DNA of 53,337 bases, from positions 1 to 53,337 of the forward strand of contig DF237555.1 in the NCBI GenBank assembly GCA_000708835.1, written 5' to 3'. How positions within the stretch are numbered: the stretch's first letter is position 1; the number at the start of each line of letters is the position of its first letter. The position numbers were made by a program, and so were the translations under genes. Source of the stretch: Klebsormidium nitens (Eukaryota; Plantae; Klebsormidiophyceae). The notes below the pieces were generated by a model. It saw nothing but the letters and a program-made list of their open reading frames with translations. It searched no databases and was not told the origin of the DNA. This document shows positions 1-12,497 of this stretch, in pieces.

Positions 1-351
1 ATAGGCACCTGCCAATAGCCTCCGGGCGCAGAACCCAGACTTTGCATGGAGCACATGAGTCATGACGGCAGCATCAATGTCAATGTCATGCTCGGACTCG
101 GAGTCGGAGTCGATTCCCAGCTGAGCTCTTTGGCAAAACAAGATACCTATTAGTCTTTATTTAACTGTAGGGTGTGTACTTGGCCGTGCCCTGCCCTTCT
201 GAGGCAGGTTTCTCTTCCTAATTCAGCTTGTCAGCTGCGTCAAGCTTGTCTGCAGACACCAGGGCAGCCTCGGTAGCTTTCTCCCAGCGGCTCAGCGTTC
301 CAGAAGCTGCACAATTACTGTTGCTAAAAGTCTCTTTCGGAAATTGTCAGA

Positions 352-2488
352 ATGTCAGACGCTGGACCCAGCAACTCCAGGACTTATGAGGTGGTGCAGC
401 GTGCTCTGACGCAACGCCAATTTCATGATCTTGCCTGCATCTTAGATGCCTTAGAACTTGAGGTAATTGACCATGTTCCTGATCCTGTTCCTGATAGACA
501 TTCCTTTGACATCCTGCCATTCTGATCAATTTACTTTGACACATCAGTGGAGACTTCCTGGTTGCCACTTGATTTGATTGCTCCCAACCTCCTCTCAAAG
601 CTCCCATAATATCTCCACCCAGGGAGCAGAAGTCTGGATCTGAGAACAAATACTTAATTGTTACTCTCCAAAGCGGCGTGGGTTAGCAACCCTGCCAGGT
701 GGCCTTGCTGCACACTGTGGTGCAACATATCAATGCAACATCGCAGACAGGTAATTTGGTGTGTGTACGAAAGTCCTTCAATTGCTCGAACTCTTTTTGA
801 AACCGCAGTCATCAGACTTTCTCGATTTGAATGCCAACACTTGCTAATAAGCTGGTTCGTGCTGTGCAGGTTGCAGGCAGTGCATTGGATGCAGACTGGC
901 CTTATGTGCTGCATTTGCTGGGGCATGTCATCCTGCAAGACCTGTAAGTCTTGTCAAACGGAGGCAGTGTGGTCCGGGCCCCTGGGGACTTATAAGTCTG
1001 TGGACATGTTATCTTTCACTACGGCGATGTCGTCAAGATTTCAATGCAAATGCGTAAGTTCATGGTTTGATTTGGAGCAATGCACAATTTTTTTTTATAG
1101 AAAAACTGTAACGGATTCAGTACAAGATTCAGGCTCGATGCCATGTAGCATGCTATGCTGTGCAGGAATTCTGCGCGCTTCTTATGGAAGCGCATTCCTC
1201 AATCTATGAAGCTCAGCAATCCTGAACTACAAGCGGCGTGGCGAATAGTGCAAGCTCTTTGGCAGCATGATCGGCCAGAGGTACACAGAGCACTGAAAGG
1301 GTATGCTTGGACCCAGCCTGCCCAAGGGCTTGTAACAGCAATTGGCGGTGAGTCTTCGCTGCTCTTCAGAAGGTGCAGATGCATATGGACTAAGTCCTGA
1401 AAGGGGAGATTTCTAACTAGTTATTCGTACTTCAGTACATCTAAGTCGCGCTCATCAAGCATGCGACATGTCCTGGTTATAATGTATGATGTATGAGATG
1501 ATTGCAAGAGTTCCACACTCGGGCTCTCTTAGTCTTGTAGGTCTGGGACAGCTCCAAGTTAGGTGGCGGAAGTGATGATTTCTGGTAAGATGCACAGAGC
1601 GACTCCTACGCGTAATCAGTTTAGGCCAGACCGAAGATCAGGCTATAGATAGGCTTTTTCAGCTGCCTAAGCAGAGTCCTTCCTGATCCTCCCAAGCCGT
1701 TGTTATGTTGGAAACAAGCCGCTGTCGTTGTCGCGTCATCATTAGCAGGTCACACGCCCAATCGGAGTTCTCTGCTGCCCGTATAGTCGAGCCCTGGAAC
1801 CATGCTGAGCTCCTGAGAAGTATTGAGGCGACCACGCTTCCCCTGGTGGCTGCAGCCGTCAGGCTTCTTTCTTCACCAGAGATGGCCGCTTGATTGTCGA
1901 AGTGCATTCGATTGTCGAAGTGCATTCTTTGTCAGTGCTTCTTCAGGCGTTTATTGTTTGCACTGTGCATGCCTCTTTCTCCTTCTGTCCTTCTTTCGCT
2001 AACCGGATGTATCATACATGGTTTTGCAGAAGAGTTTGGGATGCAGATGTTCAAGCTTCTTTCGACCTCATATTCTTCCATGTACGTCGACGAGGCAGCG
2101 CGCATTCTTGGAGTCACAACTGCGGAGACAATTGCCTGTGAGTAATCCTTCTTGTGTGAGGACTGTCACAACGACCTTGAGGTCACTGTCCATGCATGAT
2201 GTGGCCACTGCAGACACCTACCGTGTTGCTTGGACCTGGATTCTGGTTTGTCTGTCTCACTTGGGAGTCTGATTCTCGACAGTCAATCATGCAAGCAGAA
2301 GAAAGTGTCGGACTTCAAACGCATTGTTCTGCACTTTGTTTATTGCAGTAGCTTTGCAGAGGGGATGGTCCGTTGACCCTACTTCCAAAATTCTGACAAC
2401 GACCAAGTCACGTGAACGTCCAGAGCAAAAGACGGATGTAAGCCACTTGCAAAACCTCACAGACTATGTTTTCCAGCTTGAGCAGTAG
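352..2488 (+). CDS. CSN8: COP9 signalosome subunit 8 (spliced)
   Basis: Hand-spliced exons 352-462, 870-943, 1166-1347, 2030-2137, 2349-2488, all GT-AG and phase-compatible. Product: MSDAGPSN...DWPYVLHLLGHVILQDLNSARFLWKRIPQ...AAWRIVQALWQHD...MFKLLSTSYSS...GWSVDPTS...LQNLTDYVFQLEQ*. This matches plant CSN8 motifs (DWPYAIHLLG, SARFLWKRIP, LTEYVFHLEH). Optional extra exon at 699-750. Confidence 0.92.
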
Positions 2489-5400
2489 TACATGCACGCG
2501 TACTTGAGATTCAAGTTCTTCTGGAATTAGATTGAGCAGAAATATTTGACGAACAACGATACATGGATGTAGAGTACTTAGGACGGGATCTTAGGTCATG
2601 GGCCAGCTTTACAAGCTTGGTTGGGTAATACATGCATGCTTTAGGTTTGCCAGCTCTTGCGTATCTGGATAGCACCTGAGGATTCCGGCATAGAGTTTTC
2701 CAGAGGATGAGGTTGTTGCACAAGAAGTCATTGCCCTTGGTATTCTTTACTTTTGCATTAGTAGTGGAAGAGTCCGTGGTCAAGTACCACCGTCTGCCAA
2801 GCTTGTCATGGATCGTCATGGATTGGCAGGCCAAGTTGTCGACGTTGAGTTCAACTCGTAGAATCCTTTAGCATGGTAATTTGTTGCTATATCCGCTTGC
2901 TTTTCAGTGATTAGACTGGCCTGCGGTAATGGCCGCCGGCTCCCACAGATGTGCAATGGCTATAAGTGCCCGGAAAGTTTGTATGTATGACAATCCCATC
3001 ATGGTTGACTCGATCTAACTATATATGCATGTCTGCGGGCGGCTCTCCTTCACGTGCGGATCATTCTAAAATTAAGGAACCAAACCCGGCACAACTCTGA
3101 AGCCCACACAAACGTCCGACATTGAAGTAAGTTATTCATGCGCCATCGCATATATGTGAAAAAATAAATTAGAGTCCGTTCGGGACCACTGATCGGATAG
3201 GCCTAGTGGACTGTTCTGATCGATGGTCTACTCTATCTAATTTTTGCTTTTCTTCTCTGCATACTTAGATGAAGGAATCTGGGTATAGCTCCCTGATCTG
3301 AAACATCTAAATAATTGTTTTGAAGTCCTTTTAATGCCATCCAAAAGGAAAAGCTCACATGGAGTGCCGTACGTCCGTATGTCATATAAAATTGTAGGAT
3401 GCACAATCAAAGACGAAATTTGCTCTCCATGAGTCTATAGCTTCCCGGCTATAGTGGGATTACAAAGCTTACACAGTCTGCTCGCTCGATTTAAGCTTTG
3501 CCATCTGCCCGTCTCGACCGCCAATGTATGGGAGCCTACACGAAAGCCTGCTTTATTGAAAGAAAGCATTGCTTGCGGTGCATATTGAAGCTTATCTACC
3601 TAACTCTTCCATCCGTGCCCGTCTAATTTTACTTTCTCAAAGTATGTCTCGATCACATTAATGGAACCCACCAATGCTCTCGAAGGTCCACTATATAGTA
3701 ATGCTAACTGCGCGCGCTCTGTTTGCAGTCTAACGGTAGACCTGCCTGGACTAAGCTACTCTTTGCAGACTCGTGAAATTGACCTGGCAGCTCCATACAT
3801 ACATATGGATCGATACCATAATTAGTAAGAGTTCCGAACATCTAAGCATGTGCAGAGATTTGCTTGATTCCAAAAACAACAATCTACAATAAGAACAACA
3901 CATGCATGATCAATAGACGTTGACTCGCTAGCAAGAAGCCGACTCAAAATCGGAAGTGAGCCTGCGGGCCATGGCTTCTCAAAGTCACTCCTCACCAATA
4001 CGCCGACCGTGCGCCGACCCGAAGCAGCAATCATTCGTAATGAGAATCGGGTATCCCCACGACCAACAAATCTTGACTCGCGCTAGACTCGGCCTTGCAG
4101 TGACCTAATTAAGGTGCTCTAACCTGCTCGAGCTGATGAACTGCTGAATCGCGCTCTAGCTCGGCTACGTGGTACGCGCGGCAGACCAACTGAGATGCGC
4201 CGCCTGGCGGAGCGCTGACGTGGTGCCGACGATAACTAAGCTCAACAATCGAGCAGCCTTCTCCTCGACATGGCTCTCATCCGGAGTCTCGATGCCGCGC
4301 AACACGCTGAGCGCATGCATGCGCAACACTGCTGCTAAACGGCCCTCCTAGGCACCCAAAGATCTCCACCGCTGAGCAGTGGGAGAAACAAGCATAACCA
4401 CGTCGTTGGGGAAGTGGTCGGCCTGTACGTGCCGCCTTAGAAGCCTTTTCTAACACTGGCAGGCTGCGTGACTTGTCTCCACCGCCGACTCCGTTGTAGA
4501 TCTCAAGGCATCGTGGTAGACATGTCTGCAAAGGCGTCCGGAACTCCGAAACTAAAACTGGCCACCAGCCCCGGCCCCCACCTCCTTAGAATGCCCGATT
4601 TTACTTGGGGGTAAATTTGCCCCTACTAAGATGATACCCCCACCAGCGTCCAGCCGCCCCTCAACGAGGGCCAGTTTGCAGAGTTCCGGACGCTCTTGCC
4701 AATGTGATCTGACGTACGATGCCCATTGAAGGATCGAGTCCACCAACGTCATTGAAGCGCAGGACCCCCGGCGGGTCCGCAGCCACCAAGTCCATCACCC
4801 TCGCGGTCTGTCTCTCCCTCTCGCGCTGAGTGGGAATTTGCCACGCGCCTCTCTCCGCATGAGGGCATGAGGCGGCAACAGCTGCATGTGCCAAACATGT
4901 AGCATTGAATCGTTCCGACGTCGGAACCACTAACTTTTTCAGAACGCATCATTGAATCCCGCAGCCACGGCCTCAGAGGGTGGTGATCATTTGGAGGGCT
5001 TCAAGGGACCTCGATTGAAGCGCGCGCCGTCTTCAACAGCAGGTCGGAATTGCATATTGTCGCCATATGCACCATGGCACGATACTACCGGGCGCTAGAT
5101 TCAGCCACTGCCTTTTCCCGATATCGGGACGGACACCTGGCCGGTCACAGATGTGCATGCAACAGGAATATCTTTCAAGATGCATGGGCAATAATTCAAG
5201 GGCGAGGGCCTCGAACTTCCTTCTTGACAGAGTGATTGTGTTACGTGCCATGAATTGTATTAGTAGTATAGTAGGGCATGCACAAGCATGGCAAGATAGT
5301 TCTGCAAGCTTCAGCGAACGATTGGATTCAATTTGCACTGAAGCATCCATTCGACAAGCTATAGTAGTGGCGCATGGTCGATTGCAATTGTCCAAAAGTC

Positions 5401-5724
5401 CGGATGCCAGTGCTCACGTGTGTGATTTCACATGCGCTGCCGGCCTCAATTTAAAAGCCACTTATATCATGCATCCGAATAGAGGAACCTGTACGAGCCA
5501 CACACAATCTGCAATGAGCTTAGGTCGAGTCCAAGGCGCAGGTAAGCAAAGATAGGTCCAAGTCATGTGCTGTATTAAAACTACTCGAGTGTCCGATTTC
5601 TTGTGACGGAAAGTAGCACTCTCTCTTCTCAACGCCACTGACTCACCAGCCTTCTTGTCCTGCTGGGCTAGTTTTCGCAATCTTGGCAGTCCATCCATAC
5701 TGTACATGTGCCTGGCGCTCCTCC

Positions 5725-8089
5725 TCATTCGTCTTGTAGTGCTATCTCAAGAGCAATGTCATCTCGTTCCTGCACATGATGCCAAGGCTCATGCGAATCA
5801 AGAAGGAAGAAACGAACCAGAAGAAGGAACCCGAATGCAAACAATTGAAAACGACGAACAATGGCCGAACGAGCATTCCGGACAACCCAGCGGTAGTTGA
5901 TCATGATCAAATTTTGAAACAAAGCAACGAGGCAGATTTCGGCGAATCAACTTCCGAAACAAAGCAACGAGGCAGATTTCGGCGAAGCAACGAGGCAAAT
6001 GTTGACGACCATGGCTAAGCAGCATCATCCCCTTTCCAAATTCGGCAAAGGAAACATCTGATACTAGCGACCAGGAAGAGGATGCCAAAACTCACGATGG
6101 GACCCCTTGCGAAGTATTTTCCAAATTGCAAATAATACACCTGCAAGGACAGGAACAACATGATGTGCGTTACCTTCAAACCGTGCTTGTAAAGAAAGCT
6201 CGACCGGTTTTGACATTGGAATGAAGCAATCCTGCTACATTGCAGCGACACCAGTAGGTGCTACCGAAGGAAGAAAGGCGGGGTCCGCTGCATGCTTTTG
6301 GCAGCCACGATAGACACATGGTGAAAAGGGTCCCAATCAGCCTTGTGAGCACGCATTGGCCCTTGCACATCGCTGCGTCCTGAAGACCGACATGGTGCAA
6401 TGTGCACGAGCCTGCACAGCGACCGCCGCCGGAGGCAAGGGCCCGGCCCAGGGCACCCCCCCCGTGGGCTCACCTCATCCTCGTCTTGTGTCTCCACTTC
6501 TACGTCGCTGAGGGGGTACGCCACGCACAGCAGCGCGTACCCCTGCACGCACCAGCAGGCCACCGCGTCAGCAATGGGCCCGCGCAGGAGGCACACCCCC
6601 GCAAGGCCGGCCTGCCACCGCTGCGCCCGCGCTCGAGCGGCCTGCCCCGACTGGGCATTGCCATGTTGCCACCACGGCACCCCAGCGCAGGAGGGGCGGC
6701 ATGCCCCCAATGGCCAGAGCGGCTGCGCGTGCATGGCCCACCTGGTGTGGCCCAGGGACCACAAGCAGATTGCAAGCGCCAAAAGCAGGTCTGGGCGGAC
6801 CAAAAGCAATGGCCCGCTGAGAGGCCCCAGAAGGGGGGGGGCAGCACGTGACAGCCCGCAGCGCCATTGTCACTGGGCGAGCTGGGGCGCGCACACCATG
6901 GGGCTTACCTGCGCTTTGAGCTCATTGGAGATGCCGAGGGCCAGAGGCTGGTACAGCTTGCCCGCCTTGACCCGCACCGCACACGCCGTACAGCAACCTG
7001 GGGGAGGCGCAGCGGCAAGCACGTCAGACCCTGCCGGGCCGGTGATCACATGGCAGGTGCAGCAGGGAAGGTGCGCACTCAGTAATCCCCGTGGGCGGGT
7101 TCCCCACGCCCCCCCAGCCTTGCCCAGGAGGCAGACTCGCTCGCCCTCAGGCGGCCCTGGTGGGGCAAGTGGCAAGCAAGCACAGAGCCAGCGATGACAC
7201 AAGGGGACTCACCCATTCTGCAGGCAAAGGGCAGGGTGTGGCCCTGCTCCTCCGCGGAGTGGAGGATGTAGCGGTCCTGCACAAAGGCACGGCGTCAGCA
7301 GCAGCGGGGCCGCAACTGCGGAGCAGTGGCCCGCCCACAAAGCATGCAGTTTCTTGACATCACTGAAAGTACTCAGGGGGCAACATGAGCTCTGAGAACC
7401 AAGTCTTTCTAGCAACCTGCGGGGCCCTCGCTCACATTCACAGACCCTGCCTTCAATCCCATGTAGGGTCAACTGAGACTTGCAAACCGGGGCGACGCCA
7501 TGCGGGGCACCGTCCAGCAGCGAGGCTCGGGCAGCGTGCACCGTGCACCCTGCGCCAGACACACCAGACGCCAATAACCCATGCACAGAGCTCCACGTTC
7601 CTGCCCCGCTGTGGCGCTCGTGTGCGCGTCGGTGGCGGCCCTCACCTCGGGGACGTCCACCTCGAAGGTGCGCCCCGCGGCGCTGTCGTGGATCTTGACG
7701 CGGTGCAGGGGCACCTCCTCCCACTCCTCGTCGTCCCCAATCTCAAAGTCCCCCTCCAGGTACGGGTTCCGGTTTGCAATGTCGCCTTCTTCCACCTGCT
7801 CCACCGCCCACCCCGCCCGGGTGCCTGCCACCGCGGGCAGCCTCCCCACCGGACGGGCCCCCCCGGGCAGCTCATCCCGCAGCGCTGCCCTGCCCCAGTG
7901 GCTGCGCAGAGTCCCCTGGTCAGGGCCAGCGTGCGCCAGGTGGGGAGGGCCGCTGGGACGTGTGGGGGGCAGCTTGAGCGCTGGCCAGGGGAGGGCGCAG
8001 CAATGCTGTGGCAGAGCAGCCCGCACGGGGCGCTGCGGACAGGGAGCCTGCCAGGGCGAACTGACGGCCTGCACCGCGGTGAGGGCCAT
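5725..8089 (-). CDS. FdC2: Plastid ferredoxin C2 (C-terminally extended 2Fe-2S ferredoxin)
   Basis: Exons 8089-7646, 7276-7213, 6997-6909, 6542-6474, 6140-6096, 5769-5725. Transit-like N-terminus (MALTAVQAVSS), then [34 protein letters not shown]...GYALLCVAYPLSDVEVETQDEDEVYYLQFGKYFARGPIERDDIALEIALQDE*. CX4CX2C...C cluster ligands plus the FdC2-type tail are present. Confidence 0.92.
5916..5997. repeat. Intronic tandem repeat, 40-bp period
   Basis: The 31-mer GAAACAAAGCAACGAGGCAGATTTCGGCGAA occurs at 5916-5946 and 5956-5986, with a partial third copy ending at 5997. It lies in the last FdC2 intron. Confidence 0.9.
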
Positions 8090-8269
8090 GCCGGGACGGC
8101 AGGACGTCGGGCAAGGACGCACAAAAGGAGCCACCCGGCAGCCAAACTGAAAACACCAGCACCAGCTGGCAACGTGCAAGGCAGGCGACAGCTGGTGGCA
8201 GTGGACCGTGCGAACTCCAAGAATCAGAGCGCCCTCGCTTGAACACCTTGTGAACGCCTGAAAGTCTAT

Positions 8270-8425
8270 CCAACTCCGACTGGCCGAGTCCCAGCGACTC
8301 CGAGTCCGAGTCCCACTTCCACTCCCCTGGGGAAGGAGACCCTACTTANNNNNNNNNNNNNNNNNNNNAGCCGATCCTGCTGGGGAAGGAGGGACTGTCC
8401 CTCTCCGAGACTCCGACTCCGATCG
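8270..8425. promoter_or_regulatory. Divergent FdC2/ZPR1 promoter with GACTCCGAGTC-type motif array (contains 20-N gap 8349-8368)
   Basis: Lies between head-to-head ATGs at 8089 (-) and 8573 (+). Multiple ACTCCG/GAGTC words; CTGGGGAAGGAG at 8327-8338 and 8380-8391. Confidence 0.5.
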
Positions 8426-8572
8426 AGCAAGGGGACTGTTCAAGAACTTCAACAAGAAGTCAAACCGGTCCTCCATAGGCACGGCATTTCTTTGTCAGGC
8501 TGAAGCGCCAAGGCCCGAGGCTGGAGGTTCCGGAGACTTCAGAGTGGTGGGTGGTGCGCAGCGAGGAGCATC

Positions 8573-11500
8573 ATGGCCTCCGCCCTTCTTTCGCAGCCGC
8601 ATGTTGCTGACGTGGGGACTGCCGCAGGGGATGCTTTCGCGGCGCCGCCCACCCTCGAGGAGGCGCCCCTCGAGGAGCTGCAGGAATTGGAGAGCCTGTG
8701 CATGAGGTGTGGAGACAACGTAAGGTTACGCACGGTGGTCTGCAGCGCTGGCAGGGCAGCACCTATCTCAGCAGCCCACGTGTCAGAAACTGGCATTCCA
8801 AAGTAACCTGAATTCCGCCTGCGAATGTTTGTTCATTCAAGGCGTCCATTCTGGTCAATAGCTTCTTGGTGTGCCAGTCCTTTTTGGCAACTTCAGGGAT
8901 CACAGAATCTCCACATCTCATCATGGAAACCTGCAGGCGTCTAATGTTATTTGGGCCGCACTTGGACCGGTGTTGCCGTCCCTGTGTGTGCCCCCTGTTT
9001 GCGAGTGGGGGGTGGTGGGGGGGCAGGCGGGCAGTATTTGCAGGGCGGACCTTGGGAGTCCCTCTGTGTACCATTGGTCGGCAGCAGCCTTTGTCATTTT
9101 GCGCGCTCTTCGTGCAGGGCACCACGCGGCTGCTGCTGACGCGCATCCCGCACTTCCGTGAGATCGTGCTCATGGCCTTTGAGTGTCCCCACTGCCATGA
9201 ACGCAACAGTGAGGTGCAGTTTGCGGGGCGCCTGGAGCCGCGCGGCGTGACCCTCACCCTGCGTGTCCCTGAGAATGACCGCGAGGCGCTCAACCGGCAG
9301 GTGGTCAAGGCTGACCACGCGACCGTGCGCATCCCAGAGCTCGAGTTTGAAATCCCGGAGCAGGCGCAGCGCGGCACCCTCACCACGGTAAGCGCGCCCC
9401 TCTTTGCTCCGCCGGCAGGCCGGGGACGTGCCCAGGCCAGGGGGGTTGCGAACCCAGGGCAGAGGAGCGGGGCTGTGCGACTATCATCACAAATGAGGCA
9501 CGAGTAAGATGGGGTCGGCTGCTCTTTGTTGCACGGAAGCAGATGTCAGGAGAGCGGACAGTGTGTCGATCATAAAGGACCCTTCGAAGAGCGTCCCTGA
9601 TTTTGGGGTAGGTGTTGCAACCCCAAAAGCCCGTGTCGGAGCATCTTCGGGAGGCATCTTAGGCCTTGATAGTTGACACCCTATCATGCACGTTCATGAA
9701 GATGGGAACTCCTGATCATCGTTGATTCATCTTGCGATGCTTGCTGAGAGTGCCCGCCTCCTCGCTTGCATGCTCTCGCCTGGTGGGGGGCCTCTCCTGT
9801 GCGCCTCACCTGCCTGCCTGCCTGCCTGCCAGGTGGAGGGCCTGCTGACCCGCGCTGCAGAGGACCTGCGCGCGCTGCAGGCGGAGCGGCGCGATGCAGA
9901 CCCCACCATGGCGGCGGCGCTGGACACGTTCCTGGGCCAGCTGGACGCGGCAGCGGAGGGGCGGCGCGCCTTCACGGTGGTGCTGGACGACCCCACCGGC
10001 AACAGCTTCATCGAGAACCCGCACGCACCGCGGCCCGACCCGCAGTTGACGCAGCACTACTACACCCGCAGTGTGGAGCAGAACGTGCAGATTGGGGCCA
10101 TGGCCGAGGAGGCGCTGCCGGACAGGGGGCCAGCGCCGGGGAGCGGGCCGGAGGCTGACGGTACGGCAGGGGAGCGCACGGGCGGGGGGGGGGCTGCAGC
10201 GGGTGCCTACGTGCCGGCAGGGACGCGGTATGTGCCGGGGATGGCGCCGCATGGCGCAGTGGGGGCCACCCGGATGCAGGCCGCCATTGCAGAGGGCAGC
10301 TCCGAGGCAGTGGCGCAGGCGCTCTTCAAGTACGCGGCGCCAGAGGAGGTGAGCCACACCATGTGGAAGGGGATGACGTGCCTTCTGCGGTCAGTCTGAA
10401 CTCCTTCCGCCTCCAGCTCGGAACCCCACCCGGCTGCGCGGCCCCGCATGCTTGGCCATGGCACGCCTGGCTTGCGGCGTGCCCGTGGGCTGCTCCTGAG
10501 CGTGGCCCGGCCGTTCTGCGCGCGCAGGTGATGGTGTTCCCCGCGACATGCGGTGCGTGCGGCGCAGCCTGCGAGACGCGCATGTACGTGACCACCATCC
10601 CGTACTTCAAGGAGGTCATCGTCATGGCCTCCACCTGCGACACGTGCGGCTACAAGAACTCGGAGCTCAAGCCGGGGGGGGCCATCCCCGCGCGCGGCCG
10701 CCGCTCCACCCTCCAGGTGCGCCGCTGGCCCACAGCGCAGGCTTGGCAGCAGAGAGGGACGCAGGATATTCTCGCATACGACAACTGGCGCATATTCCTG
10801 GTTGCTTTTGTTCTGAACTCGAAATAGGATGCGCCGGGCTAAATCCGGTCAAAACAGGTCCAAAAACCACAATCCAGTCGAGAATGTTTGTATCGATAGT
10901 AATCTGTGCGCACATAAGGTCTTTGTTGAGTGGCCTGACGTCATCCGGTTCACTGGTTCCGGTGCGTCATGTGATCCTGTTTTGTCAGCAGTACTCGACT
11001 CCTCGGCTGGTCACACTGCACGGTGGGCCGCAAGCCCGCTGTCTTGCAAGGACCATTTGTTTGGCTGTCCCCCGCCTCTCGGCGGAGTATGCCGCCTGTT
11101 GCATGTGCCAGCATCCTTGGCGCCGCCAGTGCGCACCCGCTGTCTGCTGCAGCATGCTCCCTCTGCTTGCAGAGCGCTTTGTCCGCATCCGCCTGTCACA
11201 CTCGGATCCCCCCCCCTGCCCCGCTCGCCTCGTACTGCACACAAGCAGCTCCTCGGACTCCCCCGGTCGGCGACACGCCCCCGCTCGCCCGCCGTCCCCC
11301 CCTCCGCTATAGCCACGACACCGGAGAGCGCTTGGCAGAGTTGGCAGCTCCGGAGTCCTTTGGCGTGGTGACAGGCAGGGCCGCTGACGGTGGGGCGGGT
11401 GGTGGTGCGTGCGCAGGTGACGTGCGCGGCGGACCTGAGCCGCGACGTGATCAAGAGCGACAGTGCGGCGGTGGCCGTGCCGGAGGCGGAGCTGGAGCTG

Positions 11501-12497
11501 GCGCCGGGGACGCTGGGGGGCAAGGTGACCACGGTGGAGGGCCTGCTGACCGCCATCAGCGAGAAGCTGGCCTCCCTGCACAGCTTCAGCCTCGGGGACA
11601 GCGCGCAGCAGGTCAGCGCGCAGTGCCGGGCCGCGAGAATGCGCCGTCCCAATCTCGTCAGGCTGCAGCGGTCACGCTGGTCGCGGTGGCAGTGCTCGTG
11701 AAGGCATCAAGCGGGCAGGCATGCGACGCGGCGCAGCGCAGCATTCTTGGATGGGTGCGTCCTGGCGTGCTGGCGTGCTTGGCGAGTGAACGGGCCTGCG
11801 TTCTGACCTGCATGTGTGCGTACGTGCGGCGCAGGTCCAGCGCAGCGCGTGGCAGACATTTGAGGCGCGGCTGCGCGGGCTGCTGGCGCTGGAGCGGCCG
11901 TGGACGCTGATCCTGGAGGACCCGCTGGCCAACTCGTTCATCGCGCCCGCCACCGACGACCCCGCCAACGACCCCCAGGTACGCCGCCGCCAGCCCCACC
12001 GCACACACAGGGCCGCCTGCCCCAGCAACGTCCCACCCGAGTCGTCCTCTGATCAGGGGACGTGGCGTTGGACGTGTGTTTCAGACGACGATGCAGCGGT
12101 TGCTCCATCGTGCGATTCCAGCTCAGATGCTTTCGCCCACCTCGAATGGCGCTGAATCCGTCAGCTGGATCGTATCCTTGAAGCCACCCCGCGGTCGCCC
12201 GCGACGTGCCCGATGCTGAGCCGCTCGTTTGTGCGTATGGTGGACGCGGGGCTGCTTGAGTGTGCCTGCCCTGCGCCGCTCGTTGCGTGACTGCGCGGTC
12301 GCTGCGTGCAGCTGGTGCACGAGGAGTTCGAGCGCAGCGCGGAGCAGGACGAGGAGCTGGGCCTGACCCAAATGGACACGCGCGCCGCAGACGTCGCGTA
12401 CGCTGCCCAAGACCAGCAGGCCGCCGCCACGGATGGAACCGCGGAAGCACGCACTCAGAGACACGTCTCGAACGAGCCGAGCCGACCAGAAGGGTGA
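8573..12497 (+). CDS. ZPR1: ZPR1 zinc-finger protein (7 exons)
   Basis: Two Zn-finger/A-B domain modules: ESLCMRCGDN|GTTRLLLTRIPHFREIVLMAFECPHCHERNSEVQ...LDDPTGNSFIENP and FPATCGACG...IPYFKEVIVMASTCDTCGYKNSELKPGG...SRDVIKSD...GKVTTVEGLL...LEDPLANSFI...RSAEQDEELGLTQMDT. Stop at 12495-12497. Confidence 0.93.

Noticed and set aside
2511-2834. 107-aa minus-strand ORF initially suspected to be a transposase fragment
   Set aside because: Lies antisense to the CSN8 3' region; no recognisable catalytic motif and no flanking TIR/LTR.
3985-4797. Possible TAG stop-codon reassignment
   Set aside because: Four conserved genes in the window (CSN8, SDR, CDC48, PP2A) end at TAG exactly where homologs end.
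5916-5997. 31-bp direct repeats resembling a mini CRISPR array
   Set aside because: Eukaryotic intron, 9-bp spacer, only about 2.4 copies, no cas genes; an ordinary tandem duplication.
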